From Candidatus Bathyarchaeota archaeon (GTDB lineage: Archaea; Thermoproteota; Bathyarchaeia; TCS64), in NCBI GenBank assembly GCA_963769425.1, contig CAVYLP010000006.1, positions 704,001 through 768,000 of the forward strand: a stretch of DNA of 64,000 nucleotides, read 5' to 3'. Under the pieces are notes generated by a model that worked only from the letters and a program-made list of their open reading frames with translations, was not told the origin of the DNA and made no database searches. The position numbers and the translations under genes are program-made. Positions 39,726-49,726 of this stretch are shown piece by piece; the stretch's first letter is position 1; every line of letters starts with the position of its first letter.

Positions 39726-40157
39726 TCAGGCACCTTGGGTAGGCTCAATGTAAACCTCACCATCTCGGAGGATGTCCACCCTCACCGGCTTCATCACCCT
39801 CGTGCCCGAGATGCTAGCCGCCGCGTTCTGCCGCAGATCCTTGTAAACCAGCGAAAAATCCCCACGTATCCTGATCCCCGCGGCGTCGGCGGCGTCAATA
39901 AGTATTCTGGGCACGTCCACGAGATGCGTCGCTGGTGGGATGATGACTGATGCGACGGTCCTCAGCTTCTTGTAAGCCGCCAGCGTCTCCTCCGCCTTCT
40001 CGAGGTTCCTCTTAGCCCTCCTTTCTACGAGTGAGACGTTCTGTCTGGTTGTCCCGAGCTTGTTCGCAACCTCCTCCTGCGTTAGTCCCCCCATCCTGAG
40101 CCTGAGTACGTCGAGTTGAATCCTCGTCAGGGTCCCCGTCTTCTCATTGGCCACCAT
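39726..40157 (-). CDS. tfx: Tfx family DNA-binding protein
   Basis: LTRIQLDVLRLR..GLTQEEVA..LGTTRQNVS..ERRA..N; Tfx-type C-domain (DVPRILIDAAD). Confidence 0.88.
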   Translation of the reverse strand: MVANEKTGTLTRIQLDVLRLRMGGLTQEEVANKLGTTRQNVSLVERRAKRNLEKAEETLAAYKKLRTVASVIIPPATHLVDVPRILIDAADAAGIRIRGDFSLVYKDLRQNAAASISGTRVMKPVRVDILRDGEVYIEPTQGA

Positions 40158-40263
40158 GCAACCACTAACGAAATCGTTAATGATTTACAAGAAACCGTTT
40201 TATGCTTAAAAAGCAAGCGGAATACTTAACTCCGGTTTGGGTGGTTTTCATCCTTCGATCACG

Positions 40264-41094
40264 TTGAAGAGAAACATGGTCATCCTCATCGGCATCGTCT
40301 TGGTGGTTGCCCTGGCGGGCATATACACCGCCTACCAGTACCTGACCCCGAAGCCCGCGGAACAACTCACCGTCTTCGCCGCCGCAAGCCTGACGAAGCC
40401 CTTCCAAGCCTTGGAAGCCGGCTTCGAGAAGAAATACGACGCAAACGTCACCTTCAACTTCGCCGGGTCGAGCGCCCTAAGTACGCAGATCAACCAGGGC
40501 TCCCCATGCAACGTCTTCGCCTCCGCGAACACGAAGGAGATGACCAACGTGAAGAATGCCAACTTGCTTAACGGCACCTCAACCGTCTTCGCACACAACT
40601 CCCTCATAATCATAGTCTCCAAGTCTTACACAGGCGACATTACATCCCTCCTCAACCTAACCAAGTCTGGGCTCCGGATCGAGATGGCTGACAAGTCCGT
40701 ACCCGTAGGCAACTACGCTCTACAGACGCTGTCCAAGATAGACGCCACATACGGCAACAGCAGCAGTCCTCTCTACAAGGGCGCAGAATGGGTGGGCTTC
40801 TCAAAGAAGGTTCTCGCAAATGTTGTCTCCTACGATACCGACGTCGAGCAGGTCGTCACAAAGGTGGCAACTGGCACAGCTGACGTCGGCATAGCGTACA
40901 AGTCCGACGCCATTAACAGGGCGAACGAGGTCAAGTTCTTCGAGATACCCAGCGAGGTCAACCAGATAGCCGTCTACCCGATCGGCGTGATTAACGGATC
41001 CGGCCACTCGAAGCTAGCGCAGGCGTTCATAGACTACGTGCTCTCCGCTGATGGACAGAAGGCCTTGACCGACGCCGGGTTCCAGGGCAAGTAG
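40264..41094 (+). CDS. modA: Molybdate ABC transporter substrate-binding protein
   Basis: VFAAASLT, FAGSSAL, VPVGNYA, GIAYKSD. Confidence 0.92.
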   Translation: MKRNMVILIGIVLVVALAGIYTAYQYLTPKPAEQLTVFAAASLTKPFQALEAGFEKKYDANVTFNFAGSSALSTQINQGSPCNVFASANTKEMTNVKNANLLNGTSTVFAHNSLIIIVSKSYTGDITSLLNLTKSGLRIEMADKSVPVGNYALQTLSKIDATYGNSSSPLYKGAEWVGFSKKVLANVVSYDTDVEQVVTKVATGTADVGIAYKSDAINRANEVKFFEIPSEVNQIAVYPIGVINGSGHSKLAQAFIDYVLSADGQKALTDAGFQGK

Positions 41095-41105
41095 GGTGCA
41101 CCGCG

Positions 41106-41888
41106 TTGAAGGCGACGCTAAAGGCAGCTGTATATGCCGCCTCGTCGCTTTTCCTACTCATCATACTTCTACCGATAGCCGCCGTGTTCCTCAGCGTCAC
41201 CCCCTCCGAACTCGCGTCTAGGATCACCACCCCCACCGTACTGAACTCTCTAAGACTCAGCCTCCTCACATCGTCGGTCTCGACCCTCATCGTCTTCGTC
41301 CTGGCGACTCCTCTCTCCTATGCCCTCGCCCGCCACAGTTTCAGGGGGCGCACGCTCCTCGACGCCGTCGTTGACCTACCCATGGTCCTACCCCCCGCCG
41401 TGGCTGGCCTCGCTCTGCTGCTCGCCTTCGCACCTCGTGGGCTCATCGGACCCGCCCTGAGGAGCTTCGGCATAATCCTGCCGGGGTCCATCTGGGCGGT
41501 CGTGATGGCAGAGGTCTTCGTCGGCTCCCCCTTCTACATCCGCTCCTCCAAGGCCGCCTTCAGCGAGGTGAACCAGAGGATAATCGACAGCGCCCGACTG
41601 CTCTCGAACTCGGACGCACGTGTTTTCGCCAGGGTCACCTTCCCCCTCGCTTGGAAGGGGGTCCTCGCCGGCCTCGTCATGTGCTGGGCCCGTAGCCTCG
41701 GCGAATTCGGCGCAACACTAATGTTCGCGGGCAACCTGCCAAACGTCACGCAGACGATGCCCCTCGCCATCTACCTAGCCTTAAGCAGCGACCTGGAGGC
41801 CGCCATCGTCTTATCCGTCATCCTCATCCTCTTCTCGTTCGGGCTCCTCGCCGCCGTCAAGTCTCTCGGGGGTCAGAGGTCAACTTGA
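41106..41888 (+). CDS. modB: Molybdate ABC transporter permease
   Basis: LPMVLPPAVAG, WARSLGEFGAT, TQTMPLAIY. Confidence 0.93.
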   Translation: MKATLKAAVYAASSLFLLIILLPIAAVFLSVTPSELASRITTPTVLNSLRLSLLTSSVSTLIVFVLATPLSYALARHSFRGRTLLDAVVDLPMVLPPAVAGLALLLAFAPRGLIGPALRSFGIILPGSIWAVVMAEVFVGSPFYIRSSKAAFSEVNQRIIDSARLLSNSDARVFARVTFPLAWKGVLAGLVMCWARSLGEFGATLMFAGNLPNVTQTMPLAIYLALSSDLEAAIVLSVILILFSFGLLAAVKSLGGQRST

Positions 41889-42571
41889 TCAGCATCAAGG
41901 ATCTCCGGAAAGCCTTCGGGGGGAGAGAGGTCCTCAGGGACCTATGCCTAGATGTGGAACGTGGAGAGGTCCTCGGACTCGTCGGCCCGAGTGGTGTGGG
42001 GAAGTCGACGACGCTAAACATCGTCGCTGGGCTTCTCGAACCCGATTCCGGTGAGATAAGTGTCGATGGCGTCGTGGTGACTCGGAGGGGAGACGGCTTG
42101 AAGGGCGTCACGGTCCCACCCGCCATGAGGGGGCTCGGCTACGTCATGCAGGACGCCGCCCTCTTCCCCAACATGAACGTCCACGACAACGTAGCCTTCG
42201 GCCCCCAATCCCAGGAACTCCCCGAGGAGGAGGTAGAGGCCAGGGTCGGCGTACTGCTGCGGATGGTCGGCATCGAGGAGGCCGCCGACTCCTACCCCGA
42301 CCAGCTGAGCGGTGGGCAGCAGAAACGCGTGGCACTGGCCCGGACCCTCGCGGTGAGGCCGAAGATACTGTTGATGGATGAGCCCCTCACATCCCTCAAC
42401 CCCGAACTCAAGAAGCAGCTCATGAGCGATCTGAATGCCATCTTCGAGAAACTCGACGCGACCGTAATCTACGTCACCCACGACCCAGAGGAGGCCGAGG
42501 TAATGGTTGACAGGGTCGTGAGGCTTGAGGGTGGTAGGGCGTTGGGGATGGGTGACCACGGCTCCGCCTAG
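41885..42571 (+). CDS. modC: Molybdate ABC transporter ATPase
   Basis: GPSGVGKS, LSGGQ, LMDEP, VTHD; operonic with modAB. Confidence 0.85.
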   Translation: MISIKDLRKAFGGREVLRDLCLDVERGEVLGLVGPSGVGKSTTLNIVAGLLEPDSGEISVDGVVVTRRGDGLKGVTVPPAMRGLGYVMQDAALFPNMNVHDNVAFGPQSQELPEEEVEARVGVLLRMVGIEEAADSYPDQLSGGQQKRVALARTLAVRPKILLMDEPLTSLNPELKKQLMSDLNAIFEKLDATVIYVTHDPEEAEVMVDRVVRLEGGRALGMGDHGSA

Positions 42572-43539
42572 GCGTCGCAGAGGATCTCCCTTAGCATCGA
42601 GGCCGTGATGTTCCCCCCGCTGAGGACGAGTCCTACCCTCTTCCCCGCGAGCTGATCCCTCATCTTCACGGCGGCGGCCAATGGCGCAGCTCCAGCTCCC
42701 TCCGCGATGGTGTGCGCCTTCTCAACGTAGAGACGGATAGCAGAGCGTAGCTCCTCCTCAGAGACGAGCGTGAACTCATCGACGAGCCGGTGGACTATCT
42801 TCACAGGGAGCTCGAAGCTCTGCCTCACGGCGAGGCCGTCCGCCATCGTATTCGCGGAATCACTGCACTCAACGACGCCGCTCCTCCAGCTCTTTGAGAG
42901 GCTGGGCGCGGCCTCGGTCTGCACGGCGACGACACGCGTCCCGGGGCTGACCGCCTTGTAGACGGTGGCGACGCCGCTGCTCAGCGTCCCCGCGCCCGCT
43001 GCGACGATGACCACGTCGAGGCCGGGCTGGTCCTCCACCATCTCTAGGGCGAGTGTGCCTACGCCGGCGATGAGGTCGGGCTCGTTGGCGGTGTGGATGT
43101 AGCGGAGCCCACGCTCCTTCGCGAGCTCGACGGCGAGAAGCCTCGCGTCGTCGAAGTCGCCCTGCCCCTCAACGATGTCTGCGCCAAGGGCACGCATCGC
43201 CGCCACCTTATCCGGGTTCGCGCCCCTCTGGACGCAGACCGTGGCCTTCGCCCCGAAGAGGCGCGACGCGTAGGCGATGCTCTGCCCGTGGTTCCCCGTC
43301 GACGCCGTGATCACGCCCATGGCGCGCTCCCTCTCACTCATCCGAGAGAGCAGGTTGATGCCGCCACGGACCTTGAAGGCGCCGATAGGCTGGTGGTTCT
43401 CATGCTTCACCCAGACCTCGCACCCAAGCAGGCTCGACAACCCATGGTAGTAGGTCAGCGGCGTCTTGAGCAGGTAGGGCCTGATGCGTCCACGCGCCGC
43501 GACGACGTCGAGAAGTGTAGGTGGCATAAGCTCAGCCAA
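42568..43539 (-). CDS. Threonine/serine dehydratase (PLP fold II, no regulatory domain)
   Basis: KHENHQPIGAFKVRG, STGNHG, LSGGN. Confidence 0.9.
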   Translation of the reverse strand: MAELMPPTLLDVVAARGRIRPYLLKTPLTYYHGLSSLLGCEVWVKHENHQPIGAFKVRGGINLLSRMSERERAMGVITASTGNHGQSIAYASRLFGAKATVCVQRGANPDKVAAMRALGADIVEGQGDFDDARLLAVELAKERGLRYIHTANEPDLIAGVGTLALEMVEDQPGLDVVIVAAGAGTLSSGVATVYKAVSPGTRVVAVQTEAAPSLSKSWRSGVVECSDSANTMADGLAVRQSFELPVKIVHRLVDEFTLVSEEELRSAIRLYVEKAHTIAEGAGAAPLAAAVKMRDQLAGKRVGLVLSGGNITASMLREILCDA

Positions 43540-43911
43540 GCGGCGAAGCCCCCCGTGGACCCGAAGCGGGTCTGTTTCCTGAAGTCAGGTTCGATCCTGA
43601 GAAAGTTCCTTGTTGGAGATGCTCAACTAATAAAGCAATACCCCATGATTCACCCCTCCGAGAGGGACACGATAAAGCGATACCCCATCACGTTCAACTC
43701 CACGTGCGTGAGCCATGAGGAAGCTCCCTTAGTCTTTAAGCTTTTAGCACGAGGCTAAGGTGTGGGCGTATTCAAAAAATGTATAAAAAATTTTAATTAA
43801 TTCTAATTTAATTAATAAGTAATATTTTATAATTTAGAAAATTAACCACGAAAAAATGATAACAACCCCTAAATACGATAGTGGTGTCCCCCACCTTCTA
43901 GGAAAAAGGAG

Positions 43912-46485
43912 GTGAAGCGCGGGGTGAACGAACCAGATACCAACGAGGACAGAACTTGGGCCCTAAACGAGGCAGAGATCCTATCCGAGCTAAAGACAAC
44001 AAACACAGGGCTAACTGAAGAAGAAGCACGTAGTCGACTCGAGACGCACGGATACAACGAATTACCACGAGAGAAACTCAGTCGCATACACATACTCATC
44101 AGGCAGTTCATGAACCCCATCTACCTCATCCTTCTCGCCTCCTCCATCATCGCCTTCTTCTTCGGGGAATTCGAGCAGTCAATAGCCATCGTCTCGATGA
44201 TCATCCTCAGCGCAGTCCTCGGGTTCTACAACGAGTACAAGGCTGAAAAGATCGTAGCCGCCCTGACGGAGCGGGTCTCACTTAAAGCCCTCGTCACGAG
44301 AGGTGGAAAGACCTACGACCTCAGCGCCAGGGAACTAGTACCAGGCGACGTAGTCAGCGTCTACATAGGAGACGTCGTCCCCGCCGACATGCGACTCATC
44401 GAGGTGAAGGACCTACAGGTAGACGAGGCCACTCTCACCGGGGAGTCATTCCCTGTCGAAAAGACCTCAACCTCGCTGAAGCTAGATCACCCCACCCCCC
44501 AGCAGATCACTAACCACCTCTTCATGGGGACCGTCGTAAACCACGGAGGCGGAAAGGGGGTCGTCACCAAGACCGGGAAGCACACCCAGTTCGGAGCCAT
44601 CTCATGGAGCCTCACGAGGCCCCATCCACCGACCGACTTCCAGAAGGGCCTCACGAACTACGGCAACATGATACTCACATTCACAATAGCACTCGCCGTC
44701 GGTATATTCGCCCTCAACATGCTCGTCGGTAAACCCCTCATCGATGCCCTACTCTTCAGTCTAGCCATCGCCATCGGCCTCGTACCCGAGTTGATGCCCG
44801 CAATAGTCACCATCTGCCTCAGTCAAGGAGCAGCGAGAATGGCCGAGAAGCAGGTCATAGTCAAGCGCCTTGTCTCAATCGAGGACTTCGGCACGATGGA
44901 TGTCCTCTGCACCGACAAGACAGGAACGCTCACCGAGGGCAAGATAATCCTAAGGGAGTACCCCTCACTCAAGGATGTCGAGGACGACCGGATACTGACC
45001 TACGGGATGCTCTGCAACTCTGCTATCCTCAATGACAAGATAATTGGTAACCCGATGGACGTCGCTATCTGGGACTACGCCCTAAAGACAGGTAAAAACG
45101 AGCTGGTGAAACCCTACAAGAGGATAGACGACGTACCATTCGACTACAAGCGCAGGCTTATGTCCGTCATCGTGGAGAACGGTGGCAGGACCCTGCTGAT
45201 TACGAAGGGCGCCCCCGAGTCTTTTGCGGACAAGTGCACAGTAGCCGAAATGAACGGGGATAAGCTCCCATTTGAGAAGGTCAGGGATGAGATCAGTGGA
45301 AAGCTCACCCGATACTCGGGGGCGGGTTACCGCGTCCTCGCAATAGCCTACAGGGAGATAGACAAGAGGCAGAACTACACATCCGCAGACGAGGCCGGTC
45401 TCACACTACTCGGCTTCCTCGTCTTCACCGACCCCCCTAAGGAGGACGCCAACAAGGCCCTAGCCCGTCTCAAGGAGATGGGAGTCGACGTCAAGATTCT
45501 CACAGGGGACAACGAGCTAGTCGCCAAGAAGATCTGTGAAGACATTGAGATCCAATGCAAGAGGATCGTGACCGGCTCCGAGCTCATGGCAATGACGCCC
45601 AAGGAGCTCAGCATAGCCGTCAACGAGACAACAGTCTTCGCCAGGGTCACCCCCGACCAGAAGCTCTCGGTCATCAAGGCCCTCAAGGCCAACGGCAAGG
45701 TCGTCGGCTACCTCGGAGACGGCGTGAACGACGCCCCTAGCCTCTACGAGGCAGACGTCGGCATAAGCGTCGAATCCGGCGTCGATGTCGCAAAGGAGGC
45801 TGCCGATATTGTCCTCCTCGACAAGGACCTAATGGTCCTCGCCAACGGCATCATCGAGGGCAGGAAGATCTTCGACAACACCCTCAAGTACATACTCATG
45901 GGGACGAGCAGCAACTTCGGGAACATGTTCAGCGCTGCAGCGGCCAGTGTCTTCCTCCCCTTCCTCCCAATGCTCCCCATGCAGATACTCTTCATGAACC
46001 TCCTCTACGACACCGCGAACATGACCCTCCCGAGCGACAACGTGGACGACGAGTACGTCATGAAGCCAAAGAAGTGGGACATGGGCTTTGTAAGGAAGTA
46101 TACGCTCTTCTTCGGCCCCTTCAGCAGCCTCTACGACTTCCTCACATACGGGATAATGCTCTTCATCTTCGCCGCTTCCCCATCCCTCTTCCAAAGCGGG
46201 TGGTTCGTCGAGTCCTTTGCAACCGAGATTCTAGTCATCTTCGTGATTAGGACCCGGAAGACGCCATTCTACAAGAGCAAGCCAGGCAAGTGGCTCACAG
46301 TTCTTACACTCAGCTGCCTCGCCATAGGTATAGCTGTCCCATTCACGCCACTGGGGGATTTCCTGGGCTTCACGCCTCTGCCGTTGAACTACTGGCTACT
46401 GTTGGTCCTTATGGTCGCGACCTACCTTCTCCTCGTTGACGCGGGGAAGGTCTTCTTCTACAAAGTCTGCGGATACACCTGGTGA
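43912..46485 (+). CDS. mgtA: Magnesium-translocating P-type ATPase
   Basis: TGES, PELMP, DKTGTLT, GDGVND, SSNFGNMFS, FQSGWFVES. Confidence 0.92.
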   Translation: MKRGVNEPDTNEDRTWALNEAEILSELKTTNTGLTEEEARSRLETHGYNELPREKLSRIHILIRQFMNPIYLILLASSIIAFFFGEFEQSIAIVSMIILSAVLGFYNEYKAEKIVAALTERVSLKALVTRGGKTYDLSARELVPGDVVSVYIGDVVPADMRLIEVKDLQVDEATLTGESFPVEKTSTSLKLDHPTPQQITNHLFMGTVVNHGGGKGVVTKTGKHTQFGAISWSLTRPHPPTDFQKGLTNYGNMILTFTIALAVGIFALNMLVGKPLIDALLFSLAIAIGLVPELMPAIVTICLSQGAARMAEKQVIVKRLVSIEDFGTMDVLCTDKTGTLTEGKIILREYPSLKDVEDDRILTYGMLCNSAILNDKIIGNPMDVAIWDYALKTGKNELVKPYKRIDDVPFDYKRRLMSVIVENGGRTLLITKGAPESFADKCTVAEMNGDKLPFEKVRDEISGKLTRYSGAGYRVLAIAYREIDKRQNYTSADEAGLTLLGFLVFTDPPKEDANKALARLKEMGVDVKILTGDNELVAKKICEDIEIQCKRIVTGSELMAMTPKELSIAVNETTVFARVTPDQKLSVIKALKANGKVVGYLGDGVNDAPSLYEADVGISVESGVDVAKEAADIVLLDKDLMVLANGIIEGRKIFDNTLKYILMGTSSNFGNMFSAAAASVFLPFLPMLPMQILFMNLLYDTANMTLPSDNVDDEYVMKPKKWDMGFVRKYTLFFGPFSSLYDFLTYGIMLFIFAASPSLFQSGWFVESFATEILVIFVIRTRKTPFYKSKPGKWLTVLTLSCLAIGIAVPFTPLGDFLGFTPLPLNYWLLLVLMVATYLLLVDAGKVFFYKVCGYTW

Positions 46486-46775
46486 TCATGATGCTACCAT
46501 ACCAAGAACTGTTCTCGTGGTGGGCCGCGACCATAACCGCCGGCATCATGTTCCTAGTTGTCGTCAGCTCTGCGATATATTACTGGAGGAAGAGACCAAA
46601 ATCCTCGAAGAGTAGCGCTCCAATGGTTGTAAGGGAGTTCGCCTTCGTTTGGGCACTAATGGCCCTCCTCATACTCTACCTCATTTCAATAAACCTCGGT
46701 TCATACATCCTCTTTGCCATAGGAAACGTGGTCGTAGAAGTAATGCTCCTGATCTACGTCTACATCAAGAAGTAG
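46482..46775 (+). CDS. Small three-helix membrane protein coupled to mgtA
   Basis: GTGA overlap with the mgtA stop; hydrophobic helices. Confidence 0.65.
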   Translation: MIMMLPYQELFSWWAATITAGIMFLVVVSSAIYYWRKRPKSSKSSAPMVVREFAFVWALMALLILYLISINLGSYILFAIGNVVVEVMLLIYVYIKK

Positions 46776-46848
46776 ATTCATCCTTGAATCTGTTCCAGCG
46801 CTGCTTTCTTTGCAAATCATTAAATTAAGGGGCGTTAAGTCACAGCCA

Positions 46849-47637
46849 ATGGATCAGAAACAGCAGAGCGAATGGCTCATGAGGACACTAAGCCTCCAAA
46901 CCCCTCCGGTAGCGGTGAAGTACCTCAAGGAGTGGAGTGAAGAGGAGGAGTGGGCGCTCGCTGACAAGGGCTACTACCGCCCAAAGGCACCTCTAAACGT
47001 CTGCCAGTTCGTCGGACAAGCCCGCCACCACCTAAGGAAAGTTGTCGCTACAGCTGAAGATCAGGTCTGCAACATAGGTGCACTAGTCACAGGGGCGTGC
47101 CCATACGACGAATCCATGAAACATGGAGAGATAGCAAAGAAGGACGGCGTAAGAAAGACCCCCCAGTGCTGCGAGGAAATGTTCCAGACACTCCCCCGGG
47201 CACCCTTCGGAGAGATCAAAGCCATCGCCTTCTCCCCCCTCGAGAAGATGGAGATGAACCCCGACCAAGTCATAGTCTACGGCAACCCACTCCAGATTCT
47301 AAAGCTCGTGCAAGGCTATGTCTACGCGGAAGAACCACGCTTCACAATCACCACCTGCGCTAAATACGGCGTATGCGTCGAGGGAATGGCACAAGCGTAT
47401 GTAACAGGGAAGCCAGCAGTCGCCTTCCCTTGTAGAGGTGAGCGCGTCTCAAGTATAGTGCAGGATCAGGAACTATCGATAACCGTACCTTACTCCCTGT
47501 TAGATGAAGTCATCGAGGGCTTCGAGAAAACTAAGCACCTTCTACCCACCCCCATCCCCTTCGGGGGCGTCGACCAGGAACCGAATTTCCTGCCCGACTA
47601 CTACCTCACAGAATCGGCAAAAAAGCGACGAGCATAA
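46849..47637 (+). CDS. DUF169 family protein
   Basis: PVAVKY, CQFVGQAR, PDQVIVYGNPLQ, C...PCRGER. Confidence 0.85.
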   Translation: MDQKQQSEWLMRTLSLQTPPVAVKYLKEWSEEEEWALADKGYYRPKAPLNVCQFVGQARHHLRKVVATAEDQVCNIGALVTGACPYDESMKHGEIAKKDGVRKTPQCCEEMFQTLPRAPFGEIKAIAFSPLEKMEMNPDQVIVYGNPLQILKLVQGYVYAEEPRFTITTCAKYGVCVEGMAQAYVTGKPAVAFPCRGERVSSIVQDQELSITVPYSLLDEVIEGFEKTKHLLPTPIPFGGVDQEPNFLPDYYLTESAKKRRA

Positions 47638-47734
47638 GACGAAACGACTCTTTTTGATTAAAAATTTTCAAGAAGATAAGATATAGTTGGATGAGCTTCT
47701 ACCAAAAAAAAAGAAAAAAAGAGATTCTAAGAGA

Positions 47735-47830
47735 TCAGCAGCAGTTACCGTTTCCAGCCGCTGGCTCGTTCTTCTTGCCGTCCTTCGAAGTTCCCTTCCC
47801 GGAGCAGCTGCAACCCTTTTTATCACTCAT
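47735..47830 (-). CDS. 31-aa cysteine-rich peptide (not in ORF track)
   Basis: MSDKKGCSCSGKGTSKDGKKNEPAAGNGNCC*; AT-rich promoter-like region upstream and U-rich tract downstream. Confidence 0.6.
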   Translation of the reverse strand: MSDKKGCSCSGKGTSKDGKKNEPAAGNGNCC

Positions 47831-47964
47831 TAAGGATCCGCATATAATTAATAAATTGAGGAAATATAACCATGATTATTAAAATATTTAAGATATTCTT
47901 CTTATTTCATTAAATTATTAATTGAAAGCACTTGCAAGACTTGAGCTATCCTTAAGAATTAAGG

Positions 47965-48402
47965 TCAAGTCCTCTGGAGCTGGTTGGATAGTGAGATAAC
48001 GCTCCTCGTTTTCGAAACCCCGGCGATCACGGTCATATCCGAAAGGAGCTTCAGTAATGCGGTCGTGTCCCTACATACGACCTTGAGGAGCATGTCCTCA
48101 TCCCCATCCGTGTAGTGGGCTTCAACGACTTCCGGCATCTCGGCAATTTTATTCACGACGTCTTCCCTGCAGCATTGCGGGTGCGCCAGCGTGACACCAA
48201 TGAATGCTGTCGTATTGAGTCCGAGTCGAGAGTTATCGAGGATCGGTACGTAACCCTTTATTATCCCATCCTGCTCCATGCCTAAAACCCTGTCTCGGAT
48301 AGTTGGGATTGAGAGTCCAATCTCCCTAGATATGTCGGAGAAAGAGATCCTAGCGTTTGCCTTCAGCATGTCAATAATCTTCAGATCAGTCTCGTCCAGG
48401 TC
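47965..48402 (-). CDS. Lrp/AsnC transcriptional regulator with vicinal CC
   Basis: DLDETDLKIIDMLKANARISFSDI HTH; HPQCCRE; start codon unclear (possible indel near 48403). Confidence 0.88.
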   Translation of the reverse strand, partial: DLDETDLKIIDMLKANARISFSDISREIGLSIPTIRDRVLGMEQDGIIKGYVPILDNSRLGLNTTAFIGVTLAHPQCCREDVVNKIAEMPEVVEAHYTDGDEDMLLKVVCRDTTALLKLLSDMTVIAGVSKTRSVISLSNQLQRT

Positions 48403-48572
48403 TCAACACCCTCCATTTGGGAATTGTGCTAGTCACTTAAAAATTTTAGTACTTTATCATTATTACCTAATATTTTTAGGAAAATTCACCATTCTCTGCC
48501 CCTACACCTAAACATCTTATGTAGAACTCATATATATTGGAAACCAACATATCATGTTGTCGGGAAATAGAA

Positions 48573-49688
48573 ATGGAAATCGCTCTAATGAACACGTTGA
48601 CGTTTTTCATCAACGTTTTAATCGAGATAATCCCCCTCTTCCTAGCCGTCACATTTCTAGCGGGTCTAGCCCTCGAGTACATTAAACCCTCCCTCATAAG
48701 GGAGAAACTCGGCGGAAAGAAGGGCGTCACAGGTATACTCGCAGCAACCGCGCTCGGCTTCGTAACTCCGTTCTGCAGCTGCTCAACTATACCCCTCCTC
48801 GCCGGAATGTTAGCCGCTGGGATACCCATCAGTGTCCTCACGGCTTTCCTCTTCGCCTCCCCCTACCCTGTCGAGGTAGGGATGTTAGTCCTCGGGCCAA
48901 TGTTCGGCTGGTACTTTGCCGTGGCATTCGTTGCCACAGGGGCGATCATCGCCATACTAAGCGGCCTCCTCTTGCAGAGGCTGAACTGGCAGCATCAAAT
49001 CAAGGACGATTTCATAAATGGTCTGAAGCCCGAAGCTAAGGACGATATCAAAGAGTCTGGGGATAAATCAGCATGTGCTTGCGGAGCGGATAAAGTAGAG
49101 GAGCCAGAGAATACTGGTTGCAGTTGTGGAGCCGAAAAAGAGGGCCCTGTTGGGAGTAAAACTTCATGCGACTGCAAAGCGCAACAACCTGTACAGGAGA
49201 AACCTAGTTGCGGCTGCGGAAAGGACCCACAGTCCACACCCAGTAAAACCGCCGCTGTCGCCAAGGACGGGTTCCCCCAAAAGGCGAAGCGGGCAGCTAT
49301 CTACTCACTCACGTTCTTCAAACGGATGATCCCCTTCATACTATTCGGCTGCAGCATAGGCGCCATCATCTACGGCTTCGTTCCACAGGACATCCTAGCA
49401 ACATACATGGGTGGGGCAAGCATATTCGCGGTCCCAATCGCCGCCTTGATAGGAGTCCCCCTCTACGTCAGCATCATCCCAATAATCCCCATCGTGCTTA
49501 GCCTGAGCGCGAAGGGCGTGAGCAACGGCGCAGTCATAGCATTCTTGATCACTGCCACCTCGATTAGCCCACCAGAGCTCATCATGCTCTCGGGGATGTT
49601 CAAGAGACGATACCTCCTCCTCTTCATCTCGATGATGATCATCGGTGCCATAGTCACCGGCTACGTCTTCAACGCGATAACCTTCTAG
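48573..49688 (+). CDS. ArsP/DUF318 family permease with Cys-rich cytoplasmic loop
   Basis: TPFCSCSTIP, GVPLY, SPPE motifs; loop with CACG, CSCG, CDC, CGCG. Confidence 0.9.
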   Translation: MEIALMNTLTFFINVLIEIIPLFLAVTFLAGLALEYIKPSLIREKLGGKKGVTGILAATALGFVTPFCSCSTIPLLAGMLAAGIPISVLTAFLFASPYPVEVGMLVLGPMFGWYFAVAFVATGAIIAILSGLLLQRLNWQHQIKDDFINGLKPEAKDDIKESGDKSACACGADKVEEPENTGCSCGAEKEGPVGSKTSCDCKAQQPVQEKPSCGCGKDPQSTPSKTAAVAKDGFPQKAKRAAIYSLTFFKRMIPFILFGCSIGAIIYGFVPQDILATYMGGASIFAVPIAALIGVPLYVSIIPIIPIVLSLSAKGVSNGAVIAFLITATSISPPELIMLSGMFKRRYLLLFISMMIIGAIVTGYVFNAITF

Positions 49689-49726
49689 GCGCCAGGAGGC
49701 ACAGTCTTATCACCCCCACAGTAGAG

